DNA of 64,000 nt from an uncultured Holophaga sp. Its GTDB lineage: Bacteria > Acidobacteriota > Holophagae > Holophagales > Holophagaceae. The notes beneath the pieces were generated by a model, which was not told the DNA's origin, ran no database searches, and saw nothing but the letters and a program-made list of their open reading frames with translations. This document shows positions 1 through 10,760 of this stretch, piece after piece. A program made the position numbers and the translations under genes. The stretch spans positions 800,001 to 864,000 of the forward strand of contig OY761614.1 in assembly GCA_963664825.1 (NCBI GenBank), given 5' to 3'. The stretch's first letter is position 1. Each line of letters opens with the position of its first letter.

Positions 1-110
1 GCCCGATTCCGGTCCTGACGGATCGGACCTTTAGATAATCGGACGAACCTCAAATCGCCCCAGGCGATTCGCCAGGGCTGCCCCCTGAGTTATTCACAGA
101 AAATGGGTCC

Positions 111-653
111 TCAGTAGCTGATCACCCGGATGGCCGGGTCCACTTCCTCCTGAAGGATCCCTTCGATGTAGGCGAGGGTGCCCCCCTGGGCGCTAGGGCA
201 GGAACCGCAGGCGCCGTGATAGCTGATCTGAAGGGTGGTGCCATCGAAATCGAGCACCTCCACGCCGCCTCCGTCCCCTGCGAGACCAGGCCGGACGCGC
301 TCGTCCAGGAGGGCGTTGATGCGCAGAAGTTTCTCGTCGGCGCTGCCCCCGGGAAGACCGGGGGTCTGCTGTCCCACTTCCTCTTCGGAATTCTGGGATT
401 CCACCACGTCACAGACCGCATCGATGAGATCGCTCCAGTCGGCCCCGGGCTCCTTATTCACCGTCACGAAGCGGTCCATGTAGAACACAGAGGTCACGCC
501 CCCTAGGGCGAAGAGCGCCGAACCCAGGGGATCCCCCACGGCTGCACCGAAGTCCCGGAAGGAGCGGACGCCGGACTTGAGGATGGGCCGCTGGAGAATG
601 AACTTCAGCGCATCGGGATTGGGTGTGGGTTCGATATTGATGACCTTGGGCAT
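111..653 (-). CDS. Nfu/NifU-family Fe-S cluster carrier (Nfu_N + NifU C-terminal domain)
   Basis: N-terminal TPNPDALKF (Nfu_N); C-terminal RPGLAGDGGGVE...GACGSCPS CxxC motif. Confidence 0.92.
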   Translation of the reverse strand: MPKVINIEPTPNPDALKFILQRPILKSGVRSFRDFGAAVGDPLGSALFALGGVTSVFYMDRFVTVNKEPGADWSDLIDAVCDVVESQNSEEEVGQQTPGLPGGSADEKLLRINALLDERVRPGLAGDGGGVEVLDFDGTTLQISYHGACGSCPSAQGGTLAYIEGILQEEVDPAIRVISY

Positions 654-727
654 CGGAGACCTCTGGGCCTTTATACCTTACCATTTCTGTCAGGTTTGAC
701 CACACCGAATCGTCCCATACTGATGCC

Positions 728-1408
728 ATGACGAAGAAGGTCCTGCTGCCCTGGTCCAGCGGAAAAGATGCGGCCTGGGTACTGCACCTGTTGCAGGATG
801 ACCCTGGAATCGAAGTGGCGGGACTGCTCACCACGGTGAGCGCCTCTACGAAACGAGTGGCCATGCATGGCGTCCGGGAATCCCTTCTGGAACTCCAGGC
901 CCAGGCTGCGGGCCTGCCCCTCTGGAAGATCCCCTTGCCCTGGCCCTGCCCCAATGAGGTCTATGGGGTCCGCATGTCTGAGGCCATGGCGCGCATGCGG
1001 GAGGAAGGGATCGCGGCAGTGGCTTACGGGGATTTCTTCCTGGCCGATATCCGCGCCTACCGCGAGGCCCGCCACGCAGACTCGGGCATCGAGGCGCTCT
1101 TTCCCCTCTGGGGCCGCGACACGCCCACCCTGGCGCGGGAGATGATCGCCGGCGGACTCCAAGCCCGCCTCGCCTGCGTGGACACTTCGCGACTCGAAGG
1201 CCGCTTCGCGGGTCGACCCTTCGACCTCGAACTGCTGGCTGCACTTCCATCCACCGTGGACCCCTGCGGCGAGAACGGCGAGTTTCACACCTTCGTCCTG
1301 GACGGCCCCATGTTCCTCCATCCCGTGCCCGTTCAATCGGGCGACACAACCCTGCGCGATGGCTTCGCCTTCGCCGATCTGCTGCCCACCCCTGAATCCG
1401 AGCGATGA
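728..1408 (+). CDS. PP-loop ATP pyrophosphatase, diphthine-ammonia ligase (MJ0570)-like family
   Basis: WSSGKD PP-loop; DPCGENGEFHTFV signature. Confidence 0.9.
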   Translation: MTKKVLLPWSSGKDAAWVLHLLQDDPGIEVAGLLTTVSASTKRVAMHGVRESLLELQAQAAGLPLWKIPLPWPCPNEVYGVRMSEAMARMREEGIAAVAYGDFFLADIRAYREARHADSGIEALFPLWGRDTPTLAREMIAGGLQARLACVDTSRLEGRFAGRPFDLELLAALPSTVDPCGENGEFHTFVLDGPMFLHPVPVQSGDTTLRDGFAFADLLPTPESER

Positions 1409-2541
1409 ATGCCATGATCCCCATTCCTAATTTTCCCCGCGCGCTGGCCAGGGCCTTCCTGACCGCCCTGGGGCCTCTGCTCGCGGCCCAGGCTGCGGGC
1501 AGTCCTCTGCCCATCGTGGCCCTGGAAACCCTTGCCGCGAAGGATTGCCAACCCAATCCGGATGCAGGAATCCCCCCAAGAGCCCGCGCGGCCCTGGAAC
1601 ACTTCAAGGACCATCTGGGCCCCTGGATCCAAAAGCAGCTGACTTCCCTGCCCGATGGTTCGACGGCCGAACTCGGGCAGCGGCTCTCCCAGAGCCTGGA
1701 GTCCCTCGCGGCCCAGGCCCCCAAACCCGAGGACAGTTTCTGGCACCCCCTGCGCTTCCAGGTGGAGACGCCGGAGGCTCATTCGGAGCTCATTGCCGTC
1801 ACCGCGCGCTTCGGCATCGATGCCACCCTGCTGCTCTTCCGGCGGGGCGAGGGGGGCTGGAAGCTCCTCTGGCAGGACCGGGCCCCGGCCTTCGACGATA
1901 TCGATGGCGCCTTCGGCAGCTACACCACCGCTTTCACACCCAAGGGCACCGACGGGGCCTTCTTCCTCGCCGCCGCCCGCATCACACCCTGGTACCAGTC
2001 CCACTGGCAGACGGCGGAACTGCGCGTATTCCGCATCGACCCGGACGGCCAGGCCCGGAAGATCGGCGCCCGGGAGGAAGGGGTCTTCCTCGGGGTCGAG
2101 GACCCCATGTCCCTCAAGGCCCAGGACGCCCAGCACATCGTCCTCCGGCTGCGGGCAGCCTCCAATGATCCCGTCCGCCACACCTTCTCAAGGGTCTTCC
2201 ATCTGAGCCTGGATCCCGGAGGCCTCCACCGGGTGCCACCCTACGCCGAAACGCCCCTGGATCTGGCGGACGAGTGGCTGAGTCTGCCCTGGCCCGAGGC
2301 CGCGGCCCTCAACGATAGCGCAAGCCTCAAGCGGCTCAAGCCCCTCCATGCCCGGCTCAGCGATCACGAAGAGGACCTCCTGAATTTCGATGAGAAGGCC
2401 ACACTGGACCAGGCCAGCGGCCTCTGGGAACTCCGCGCCGAACTGGAGCGGGACGAGAAGGTGGAAGACTACGTGTTCCGCATCGGGAAAACCGAGGGAG
2501 AACTCCGGGTCCTGGATGTGCTGCGCCAGCACAAGCCCTGA
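1405..2541 (+). CDS. Hypothetical exported protein
   Basis: 378-aa ORF, ATGA overlap with previous stop, signal-peptide-like N-terminus, host-like GC3 codons. Confidence 0.7.
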   Translation: MNAMIPIPNFPRALARAFLTALGPLLAAQAAGSPLPIVALETLAAKDCQPNPDAGIPPRARAALEHFKDHLGPWIQKQLTSLPDGSTAELGQRLSQSLESLAAQAPKPEDSFWHPLRFQVETPEAHSELIAVTARFGIDATLLLFRRGEGGWKLLWQDRAPAFDDIDGAFGSYTTAFTPKGTDGAFFLAAARITPWYQSHWQTAELRVFRIDPDGQARKIGAREEGVFLGVEDPMSLKAQDAQHIVLRLRAASNDPVRHTFSRVFHLSLDPGGLHRVPPYAETPLDLADEWLSLPWPEAAALNDSASLKRLKPLHARLSDHEEDLLNFDEKATLDQASGLWELRAELERDEKVEDYVFRIGKTEGELRVLDVLRQHKP

Positions 2542-2604
2542 GCGCCGCGTGTTCTCAATCGGCTTGCGACGGGTCAATGGAAAAGAATTAATTGGGAGGT
2601 CCTG

Positions 2605-3384
2605 ATGTTTGAAGCCCAGCGTGAAGCGTGTGTGGAGGCGGCTCTGGCCGGCGGACGGGTGCTGGTGCCCTATTTCCGGAAGCTCGAACCGAGCGCCATC
2701 ACGGAGAAATCGAAGAACGACTACGTGAGCGACGCCGACCGGGCCTCGGAAGCCGCCATCAAGGCCGAACTGGATAGGCGGTTTCCCGGCTACGCCTTCC
2801 TCGGGGAGGAGAGCGGCGCCTCTGGTGAGAACGCCCGGATGTGGATCGTGGACCCCTTGGACGGCACCCTCAATTTCGTCCAGGGATTCCCCCAATGGTG
2901 CGTCTCCATCGCCCTCTGGGACGCCCAGGGCCCCATCGTGGGATGCGTCTGGGACCCTCTGCGGGAAGACCTCTTCGTGGCCACCCGAGGTGAGGGCGCC
3001 ACCTGGAACGGACAACCCATGTCCATCTCTTCCCAGGCCAGCCTCGATGGCGCGTTTCTCTCCACGGGCTTCGCCTTCCAATTGGGGGAACGCTTCCGGA
3101 TCTACAGCAAGGCCCTCGAAGCGGCCTTCTACCGCGCCAAGGGCATCCGCAGGGCCGGCAGCGCCGCCCTGGATCTAGCCCATGTGGCCGCGGGCATCTA
3201 CGACGGTTTCTTCGAGATGGGCCTCCAGAAGTGGGATATGGCCGCAGGGGTCCTGTTGGTGCAGGAGGCGGGGGGCCTGATCTCCGACTGGCAGGGCGGC
3301 GATCAATGGTTCCAGACAGGCAATGTCATCGCCGGGAACCTCTGGGTGCAGCAGGGTATGGTCGACGCGTTCCGCCCTCAGTGA
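2605..3384 (+). CDS. suhB: Inositol monophosphatase family protein
   Basis: GEE, WIVDPLDGTLNF, RRAGSAALDL and WDMAAG motifs; GGAGG RBS. Confidence 0.9.
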   Translation: MFEAQREACVEAALAGGRVLVPYFRKLEPSAITEKSKNDYVSDADRASEAAIKAELDRRFPGYAFLGEESGASGENARMWIVDPLDGTLNFVQGFPQWCVSIALWDAQGPIVGCVWDPLREDLFVATRGEGATWNGQPMSISSQASLDGAFLSTGFAFQLGERFRIYSKALEAAFYRAKGIRRAGSAALDLAHVAAGIYDGFFEMGLQKWDMAAGVLLVQEAGGLISDWQGGDQWFQTGNVIAGNLWVQQGMVDAFRPQ

Positions 3385-4382
3385 GGAGCCTTTTCCTCGC
3401 CCTTGGAGGCCTTGGGTAATTCCAGGAAACGCACCTTCCCGCTGGCCAGATCATAGATGGCCGGAACCACCTGGAGCTTCCCGGTCCCCACTAAATGTCG
3501 CACGATCTCGCTATGGTCCAGCACCACCTGGGCTTGGCGGAGGGCGTTGTTCGTCTCCAGATGCCGCAGATGCTCCTGGGCGCTCTCGTTGGGATCCTCA
3601 AGGGTGGTCTCCAGCAGGCCCGCCATGGCGGCCTGGAAGGACCAGAGATTGCCCGGCAGGGGCTTGCCCCCCGCCTCCAGGACGGCCTTCACCGCCCCGC
3701 AATTCGTGTGCCCCAGCACCACCACGAGCTTGGAGCCCAGGTGTTCCACGGCGTATTCCACCGAGGCCACCCCTTGGATATCCGGGCAGTTGCCCGCTTC
3801 GCGGATGGTGAAGAGACGGCCCAGCTCCTGATCGAAGATGAAGTTATCCATCAGGCGGCTATCGGAGCAGGTGACAATGACGGCAAAGGGCGCCTGCCCC
3901 TTGGAGAGTTCTTCCCGAAGGGCGGGATCCTGGGAGGCCATCAGGGAACGCACCCGCCTCCCCTCCACGAAGCGCAGATTGCCAGTCTTCAGCTCCAATA
4001 GGGCCGCCTCGGGGGTCTTGATTTCCATTGGGGCGCTGAAGTCCTTTTTCGCCAGGGCCTCCTGGAGCCGGGCATTCTCCGCCAACAGCCGGGAGGCCCT
4101 CGCCTCGGCCTCGGCCAAGCGCTTGGCCTCCTCGGGTTTCACGGCGGGCACCGCCCTCATCTTGGGCTTGGGTTTGGGGGCGGGCCGCTCGACCTTGGCC
4201 AGGGCTTCCGGAGCCTGGGTGGCCTTCCCCTCCGTTTCTGGAACGGCCACGGAACCATGCTTCTTGACCGCCTTGGCGGGCACGACCTTTTCCGTCTCGA
4301 TGGCCTTGGGCGGTTCCCCCGGGGTTCCGGGCAGGAGATTCAGGCAAAGGGCCAGGCTGAGTATGGAGATCGGATCGAACAT
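3378..4382 (-). CDS. Secreted beta-class carbonic anhydrase with N-terminal signal and Lys/Ala/Pro-rich linker
   Basis: GNLRF, TCSDSR, REAGN, SVEYAV, GHTNCGAV zinc-site motifs; start placed at MFDPISILSLAL. Confidence 0.88.
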   Translation of the reverse strand: MFDPISILSLALCLNLLPGTPGEPPKAIETEKVVPAKAVKKHGSVAVPETEGKATQAPEALAKVERPAPKPKPKMRAVPAVKPEEAKRLAEAEARASRLLAENARLQEALAKKDFSAPMEIKTPEAALLELKTGNLRFVEGRRVRSLMASQDPALREELSKGQAPFAVIVTCSDSRLMDNFIFDQELGRLFTIREAGNCPDIQGVASVEYAVEHLGSKLVVVLGHTNCGAVKAVLEAGGKPLPGNLWSFQAAMAGLLETTLEDPNESAQEHLRHLETNNALRQAQVVLDHSEIVRHLVGTGKLQVVPAIYDLASGKVRFLELPKASKGEEKAPH

Positions 4383-4473
4383 GAAAGGCCTCGGGTTCCC
4401 TTCCATCATCGGCAGGCCACCCCAGGTCTTCAATCCTGACGGCCCCACGCGCATGCCCTCGGGTTCACCAGCC

Positions 4474-5760
4474 TCACTCGTACCTCAGCGCCTCAATCGG
4501 ATCCTGCTTGGCCGCCTTCAATGCGGGCCACATGCCGAAGATGAGGCCAATGGCCGTGCTCACGCCGAATCCCAGGACGATGGACCAGAGGGGCGCCGCC
4601 GTGGGGAAGTCGAAGGCCAGCCGAGCCAGGAGACCGACGCCAAGCCCCGCGGCGATACCGATGGCCCCGCCCACTCCGGTGAGCGAAATGGCCTCCACCA
4701 GGAACTGGGCTGCGATATCCCGGCGGGTGGCGCCCATGGCTTTCCGAACTCCGATCTCCCGTGTGCGCTCGGTGACCGTCACCAGCATGATGTTCATCAC
4801 GCCCACACCCCCCACCAAGAGGGCAATGCCCGCGATGAGGATCATGGCCCCGGCCACCCCTCCGGTGATCTGCCGGAACTGCTCCAGCTGGGCCTCGCTG
4901 GTGAATATGGCAAAGTCGTTGGGCTGGTTGGGCCTCAGGCCCCGCCGGGCCCGCAGGATGGCCACTTCCTGGTCGGTCATGGCCACCATGCCCTTGGGAT
5001 CCTTGGGGATGGTGGCGATGTGGAGGGTATCCCCGCCGCCATTCTTCACTTGGGGGAAGAGTTCGTCGAAGGTGCTGATGGGGATGAACACGATGTTATT
5101 GGCGCCCCCATCCCCGAATTCGGGCTTCTTCTCCAGGGTCCCGATCACCTGGAAGGGCATTCCATTGACCATCAGTTCCTGGCCGATGGGATCCTTCCGA
5201 GGCCAGAGGGCCTTCACTACATCCTGGCCCACCACGCAGGTGCGGGCGGAATGGCTGAGATCGGCCTCTACGAAGAAGCGCCCATCCTCGACGACGCTAT
5301 TATTGGCCGGCATGTAATCGGGGTTCGTGCCGCAGAAGATGGGTCCATTGGCCTCATCCCCCCGGCGGTTCTTGAGGGTGAGCCCTTCTCCGGGGTGGTA
5401 GCGCTCCTGGGAGACCGCCGCCGCCAGGGTCGACAGGCGCTTCAAGGCCTCGGCATCCTCCCGGTTCAGATCCCGGCGATGCCGCTGTTCTTCAGGGATG
5501 CCCCCGGGGCCGAAGCGCGCCTCGTACTTCTGGAACTGCACCAGCGTGGTACCGAAGGCCGTGAAGGCTTCGGTCACCGAGTTATTGAAACCCACCACGA
5601 AGCTCACCATGGCGATCACCGTGGCCACCCCTGCGGTGATGCCCAGGAGGGTGAGGCTGCTCCGAAGCTTCTGGGCCAGGATCGCCCTCATGGCGAAACG
5701 GAAGTTCTCCCGGCTGATGGCCCGGAGGACTCTCGGTTTGTGGAGGGCAGCAGAGGCCAT
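4474..5760 (-). CDS. MacB/FtsX-family ABC transporter permease
   Basis: LRSSLTLLGI, GVMNIMLVTVTERTREIGVRKAMGA, DPIEALRYE. Confidence 0.93.
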   Translation of the reverse strand: MASAALHKPRVLRAISRENFRFAMRAILAQKLRSSLTLLGITAGVATVIAMVSFVVGFNNSVTEAFTAFGTTLVQFQKYEARFGPGGIPEEQRHRRDLNREDAEALKRLSTLAAAVSQERYHPGEGLTLKNRRGDEANGPIFCGTNPDYMPANNSVVEDGRFFVEADLSHSARTCVVGQDVVKALWPRKDPIGQELMVNGMPFQVIGTLEKKPEFGDGGANNIVFIPISTFDELFPQVKNGGGDTLHIATIPKDPKGMVAMTDQEVAILRARRGLRPNQPNDFAIFTSEAQLEQFRQITGGVAGAMILIAGIALLVGGVGVMNIMLVTVTERTREIGVRKAMGATRRDIAAQFLVEAISLTGVGGAIGIAAGLGVGLLARLAFDFPTAAPLWSIVLGFGVSTAIGLIFGMWPALKAAKQDPIEALRYE

Positions 5761-5763
5761 GGC

Positions 5764-6987
5764 TCACTCCGCCCGGATGGCGTCGATGACGACGAGATTC
5801 GAGGCGCGCCAGGCCGGGAGGAAGCCCGCGGCGAGCCCTACGAAGGTCGAAAGGGCGATGCCCGCCAGGATGATGCCGCTGGTGAGTTCGGCGGGGAAAC
5901 CCACCAGTCCCTTCACCAGCATGGCCGCCGCCCCTCCCAGGAGCACACCCACCACCCCTCCGGAGAGGGAAAGCAGGGCAGCCTCCAGCAGGAACTGGGA
6001 GCGGATGTCCTTCTTGCGGGCGCCGATGGCCAGGCGGATGCCGATCTCCGGCGTGCGCTCCGTCACGCTCACCAGCATGATGTTCATGATCACGATGCCC
6101 CCTACGCCCAGGCTCACCGAGGCCACCAGGACCATGAGGATGAAGGCCGCGCCGCTGATCTGGCGCCAGATCGCTTGAGCGGCCTCCTGGGTGATGATGC
6201 CGAAGGGATCGGGGGCCCGGAAGCTCGTATGCCGCATGGCGCGCAGGAGCGCCCGGGTCTCATCCAGGGAGGCCTCCATCCCGGCCACCCCACCGGTGGG
6301 CTTCACGTAGATCTCCAGGGACTGATTGGCGGCCATGAAATTGGTCCGGTAGACCTGCAGGGGCAGGTAGACCCGGTTGTCCTGGGTGAAGCCGATGCTG
6401 CGGCCCTGCTTGGGCATGAGGCCGATCACGCGGAAGGGCAGGCCTCGCACCAATACGGTCTTCCCGATGGGGTCCAGGCCCGGAAAGAGCTCGTCCCGCA
6501 CATTGGCGCCGATGACGGCCACGGGCCGGAAGGCGTCGTTCTCCATCTCCGTGAAGAAGCTGCCCGCCTCGAATTCCAGACTGAAGAGCCGGGCAAAATT
6601 GGGCGTGACTCCCGTGATCTGCACATCCTCCAGACGGCGCGTGCCCGCATTCACCGCGCCTCGCTGGCCCGTGCCCGCCCCGATCAGTTCGACCCGGTTC
6701 AGCGAAGAAGCCGCGCGCTGGTATTCCTGCCAGGTGACGGGAGGGCGCTTCAGGGCGTCCAGGAACTCCTTGCGGCTTTGGATGATGCCGAAGCGGGTGA
6801 GGATGTAGACATCCGGCGAGAGGACGATCACCTTGTCGCGCACATAGGCGTTCAGGCCATTGATGATGCTCACCACGCCCACGATTGTCGTGACGCCGAT
6901 GATGACCCCCAGCAGGGTGAGGAAGCTCCTCAGCTTGTGGGCCCGCAAGGCGCGCAGGGAGATATGCAGGGTTTCCGAGAATTTCAT
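5764..6987 (-). CDS. MacB/FtsX-family ABC transporter permease
   Basis: [38 protein letters not shown]. Confidence 0.93.
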   Translation of the reverse strand: MKFSETLHISLRALRAHKLRSFLTLLGVIIGVTTIVGVVSIINGLNAYVRDKVIVLSPDVYILTRFGIIQSRKEFLDALKRPPVTWQEYQRAASSLNRVELIGAGTGQRGAVNAGTRRLEDVQITGVTPNFARLFSLEFEAGSFFTEMENDAFRPVAVIGANVRDELFPGLDPIGKTVLVRGLPFRVIGLMPKQGRSIGFTQDNRVYLPLQVYRTNFMAANQSLEIYVKPTGGVAGMEASLDETRALLRAMRHTSFRAPDPFGIITQEAAQAIWRQISGAAFILMVLVASVSLGVGGIVIMNIMLVSVTERTPEIGIRLAIGARKKDIRSQFLLEAALLSLSGGVVGVLLGGAAAMLVKGLVGFPAELTSGIILAGIALSTFVGLAAGFLPAWRASNLVVIDAIRAE

Positions 6988-6997
6988 GGGAGCCCCG

Positions 6998-8218
6998 CTA
7001 CTTGGCGGCCTCCTTCTTGGGTTCAGGCTTCTTCTCCACTCGCAGGGCCTCGCCCCCCTTCAGGTCCCGCAGGGTGCGGAAGGGCCCCGTGACCACGCGC
7101 TCGCCGCCCTTCAGGCCCTCCAGGACCTCCACGTTCAGCTCCCCCAGCAGGCCCGTCTTCACGGGGACGAACTTGGCCTTGCCGCCCTCCAGGACGTAGA
7201 CGCCCTCCTCTTCCTTGGGGGCGCCGGGCTTGGGTTGTTCGCCTTCCTTAGCCTTGATCTCCTTCATCACCAGGGCCTGGATGGGCACGGCCACGGCGTT
7301 CTCCCGGCTGCCCGTGCTGATCTCGGCCTGGGCGCTGAGGCCGGGCTTGATAGTCGGAGGCGGGTTCTTCATCTGCACCTTGACCTTGAATTTGATGGCC
7401 TCGTTCAGATTGGTGCGCAGGATGGGACTCCCGCCCACTTCGGTCACCATCGCCTCGAAATTCTGGTTGGGGTAGGCGTCGATGCGCACCACGGCGCTCT
7501 GGCCCAGCTTCACGCTGGGGATGGAGGCCTCGTCCACTTCCAGTTCCGCCTCCACCCGACTCATATCCGAGATGGTGAGCAGCACGGTGCCCGCCTGGTT
7601 CTGGACCCCGATCACTGCCGTCTCCCCCAATTCGATGCGCCGGGCCGTCACGACCCCATCCATGGGAGACGTGATGGTGGAGTACCGGAGATTCACCGAG
7701 GCTCCGCGCAGATCGGCCTGGGCCTGCTCCACCCTGCGGCGGGCGGCGGCGGCCGTGTGGGTGGCGGTGGTGAGCGCGGTGCGCAGCTGTTCGAAATCGG
7801 CCTGGGCGATGATGCCGGCCCTGCGGTTGGCCTCGGCCCGGGTGAAATCGGCCTTGGCCTGAGAGAAGCGCGCCTCGGCGCTCCGCATATCGGTGCGAGC
7901 GGCCTCCGCGTTGGCCTGGAGACTCTCGGCGCTGGCCTTGGAACGGCTGGGATCGATCTCCATGAGGAACTGGCCCTTCTTGACCACGTCCCCCTCCTTG
8001 ACGGCCAGGCGGGTCACCTGGCCCATGATATTGGCGGAGATATCGACCTTGGCCACGGCCTGGATCTTGCCGTTGGCGCTCACTTTGGCCGTGATGGTCT
8101 CCCGGGCCGCGGCCGTCACCTGCACGGGCTGGCCGTTATCCCCTCGAGTGGCGGCCACGCCGATGATCACCAGCAGCAGCGCCCCGCCCCCCAGCCACCA
8201 GATCTTCTTCCGCTTCAT
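6998..8218 (-). CDS. MacA/HlyD-type periplasmic adaptor subunit
   Basis: N-terminal anchor; [11 protein letters not shown] lipoyl half-motif; coiled coil; SPMDGVV; GGAGG RBS before ATG at 8218. Confidence 0.9.
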   Translation of the reverse strand: MKRKKIWWLGGGALLLVIIGVAATRGDNGQPVQVTAAARETITAKVSANGKIQAVAKVDISANIMGQVTRLAVKEGDVVKKGQFLMEIDPSRSKASAESLQANAEAARTDMRSAEARFSQAKADFTRAEANRRAGIIAQADFEQLRTALTTATHTAAAARRRVEQAQADLRGASVNLRYSTITSPMDGVVTARRIELGETAVIGVQNQAGTVLLTISDMSRVEAELEVDEASIPSVKLGQSAVVRIDAYPNQNFEAMVTEVGGSPILRTNLNEAIKFKVKVQMKNPPPTIKPGLSAQAEISTGSRENAVAVPIQALVMKEIKAKEGEQPKPGAPKEEEGVYVLEGGKAKFVPVKTGLLGELNVEVLEGLKGGERVVTGPFRTLRDLKGGEALRVEKKPEPKKEAAK

Positions 8219-8324
8219 GTCAAAGCCTCCGGCCAAAGGGTCGTCCATTTGGGATGGAGACGCGGCACAGCGGGTTCTGGTTTAGCGCCGACAGGATTTC
8301 AGGGGACCTCCCAGAGAAGGTTAT

Positions 8325-8339
8325 TGAAAATAGTTTTCA
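8325..8339. promoter_or_regulatory. Fur-family-like 7-1-7 operator upstream of TonB receptor operon
   Basis: TGAAAAT-A-GTTTTCA inverted repeat in an AT-rich patch 30 bp before the receptor ATG. Confidence 0.6.
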
Positions 8340-8368
8340 TTTAGATCAAACTTTCGTCTGAGGTTTCT

Positions 8369-10759
8369 ATGCGCCGACTCTACCTTCCCACCCTTACCCT
8401 TCTGGCCCTCTCGCTCAGCTCATCTCCGGTCCAGGCCGCCACCGGCAGCGCCGGCCTAACGGGACGCCTCCTGGACGACCACGGGAAACCCGTGGCCCAG
8501 GCCAGGCTCGTGCTCGTCAACAAGGTCTCCGGATACCGCCAGAGCCTCCAATCCGACGCCCAGGGCCGCTTCACCTTCACCAACGTGCCCTTCAACGACT
8601 ACCACCTGGAGGTCTTCGCCCGGGACCTGGAAACGGTGCACCGGACCGTGGAACTGAGGAGCACACTGCCTCTGGAGCTCACGATACCCATGAAGGCCCA
8701 GGGCGCCACGATCACGGTGGAGGAAACCCTCTCCATCGTGGAGGACCACCCCTCCGTCCATCTCGATATCGACAAGAGCACCATCGAGACGATCCCCACG
8801 GCCGTGCAGAGCCGCGCCATGGAATCCATCCTGCTGGCCACGCCGGGTTTCACCCAGAACGCCGATGGGCGCTTTCATTTCCGGGGCAGCCACGGTCAGG
8901 TCATGTACGTGGTGGACGGCATCCCCGTCACCGACCAGATGCAGGCCACCTTCTCTAATAGCATGGACCCCTCCCAGGTGGAGAGCATGGAGGTGATCAC
9001 CGGCGGCATTTCCGCGGAATACGGCGGCAAGCCCGTGGCGGTCATCAATATGACCACCAAGTCCGGACTGGGCACCCCGGGCGGCTTCGAGGGCGATGTA
9101 TCCCTGGGAGCCGCGCGCTTCAATACCCATGAGGCGGGCCTGAGCGTCCGGGGCGGCGGGGATCGCTTCGGGTATTTCGTCACCGGGGCCGTCAGTGAGA
9201 GCGACCGCTTCCTGGATGCCCTCGACTTCAATGGCCAGAACAACAACGGCCACACCGGCAGGCTCTTCACGCGCTTCGACTGGATGATCGGCGACCAGGA
9301 CACCCTGCGGGCCTCCATCTCCGGCGGCGACACCCACCGCCGCGTGCTGAACCTGGCCAGTCAGCAGGTCAATGGCCAGGACCAGCGGGTCAGCACGTCC
9401 GATATCAACCTGAACGTGGCCTGGACCCACCTCTTCAATGCCCAGCAGAGTCTCGATGCCGCCCTCTTCTACCGGCGTTCGGAAGCCCAGCTCGACCCCA
9501 CCCAGGATCTGGCCCCCGGCTTCCAGACGGGAGGCCCCGATTCCCCCTACTGGGCCAAGCAGAACCGCAACCTGGAGAACCAGGGCTTCCAGGCCACCTA
9601 CACCCAGCGCTTCGGGGGGGAGAGCACCCTCAAGGCCGGGATCCAGTACGTGGCCTATCCCATCCAGGAGGATTTCCGCTTCGCCGTCACCCAGGACGGC
9701 CTCTTCCAGGCAGACAGCCCGCTCTATCCCTACACGCCTGCAGGAGGAGGCGCCATCTGGCACTTCCAGGACCACATCCGGCCCCAACTGGCCTCGGCCT
9801 TCGTGCAGAACGATCTCCACCTGGGCGACTGGTTCCTGGCCCTGGGCCTGCGCTACGACTCCTACACCGTCAAGGACATCTCCCAGGGCCAGTTCCAGCC
9901 CCGCCTCGGGGTCTCGTACCGGATCCCCTCCACCCGCACCATCTTCAGGGCCTCGTACGACCGCCTGCTCGTCACCCGGGAGAACGAGAACCTGGCCCTC
10001 TCCCTCTCCCAACAGGCCTGGGATCTGGGGCCCTATGCCGGCACTCCCGTACCCTCCCTGAAGCCCGAGCTCCAGGACAGCCTCAACGTCGGCATCGAAC
10101 AGCAGATCGGGAATTCCTTCCGCCTCATGGCCGACTACTGGGAGAAGCGCAGCCTCAACGCCGCCGATTCCAGCCCCTTCCTGAATACCGATGTGGTATT
10201 CCCCGTGGGGATGAACCGGGGCCGCTTCCATGGCTGGGATCTGCGCCTGGACGTGGTGCCCGTGATGGGTTTCTCCGGATACTTGAGCCTGGGGAAGACC
10301 CGGGCCCGGGTGCAGGCTCCCGTGGTGGGCGGCCTTCAGATGGACGCTCCGGAAGCCGCTCCCGGGGAATGGTTCCTCATCGATCACGATCAGAAGCTGA
10401 GCGCCCAGCTCGGCACACGCTTCGAGCAGAAGGGCTTCCATCTCCAGGTCATCGGCCGCTACGACTCGGGGCTGGTGAGCGGAGACCCCGCCGACGAGGC
10501 CGGCAACAAGGATTACGCCTTCGGCCTGCCCTACATCACCCAGGACAGCGAGGGCACCTGGCGCGCGAAATCCCGCACCGTCTGGAACCTCAGCCTGGGC
10601 CAGGAGATCAAGCTCAGAGGGAAGCAGAGCCTCATGCTGGGGGCCGATCTGCTCAATGCCTTCGACAAGAAGGCCCTCTACACCTATCTGAGCGGCTGTG
10701 GCGGCACCCACGTCATCCCGCCCCGCACCTGGGCCCTGCGGGTGAAGTATGCCTTCTGA
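8369..10759 (+). CDS. TonB-dependent receptor with N-terminal carboxypeptidase-regulatory-like domain
   Basis: Signal peptide; SDAQGRFTF; plug motifs (YVVDGIPV, EVITGGISAEYG); GLRYD barrel motif; terminal Phe. Confidence 0.9.
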   Translation: MRRLYLPTLTLLALSLSSSPVQAATGSAGLTGRLLDDHGKPVAQARLVLVNKVSGYRQSLQSDAQGRFTFTNVPFNDYHLEVFARDLETVHRTVELRSTLPLELTIPMKAQGATITVEETLSIVEDHPSVHLDIDKSTIETIPTAVQSRAMESILLATPGFTQNADGRFHFRGSHGQVMYVVDGIPVTDQMQATFSNSMDPSQVESMEVITGGISAEYGGKPVAVINMTTKSGLGTPGGFEGDVSLGAARFNTHEAGLSVRGGGDRFGYFVTGAVSESDRFLDALDFNGQNNNGHTGRLFTRFDWMIGDQDTLRASISGGDTHRRVLNLASQQVNGQDQRVSTSDINLNVAWTHLFNAQQSLDAALFYRRSEAQLDPTQDLAPGFQTGGPDSPYWAKQNRNLENQGFQATYTQRFGGESTLKAGIQYVAYPIQEDFRFAVTQDGLFQADSPLYPYTPAGGGAIWHFQDHIRPQLASAFVQNDLHLGDWFLALGLRYDSYTVKDISQGQFQPRLGVSYRIPSTRTIFRASYDRLLVTRENENLALSLSQQAWDLGPYAGTPVPSLKPELQDSLNVGIEQQIGNSFRLMADYWEKRSLNAADSSPFLNTDVVFPVGMNRGRFHGWDLRLDVVPVMGFSGYLSLGKTRARVQAPVVGGLQMDAPEAAPGEWFLIDHDQKLSAQLGTRFEQKGFHLQVIGRYDSGLVSGDPADEAGNKDYAFGLPYITQDSEGTWRAKSRTVWNLSLGQEIKLRGKQSLMLGADLLNAFDKKALYTYLSGCGGTHVIPPRTWALRVKYAF

Positions 10760-10760
10760 G

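Noticed and set aside
3838..7092. Very long ORFs opposite or overlapping real genes (e.g. 3838-7092 +, 8456-11011 -, 13151-15406 -, 39594-41714 +, 49551-53729 -)
   Set aside because: Shadow frames expected at high GC3; no recognisable motifs, and they overlap well-supported genes
8219..8240. c-di-GMP-I riboswitch-like string CAAAGCCTCCGGCC
   Set aside because: It is the reverse complement of the adaptor gene's GGAGG RBS region; the upstream GGCAAA/GAAA elements are absent
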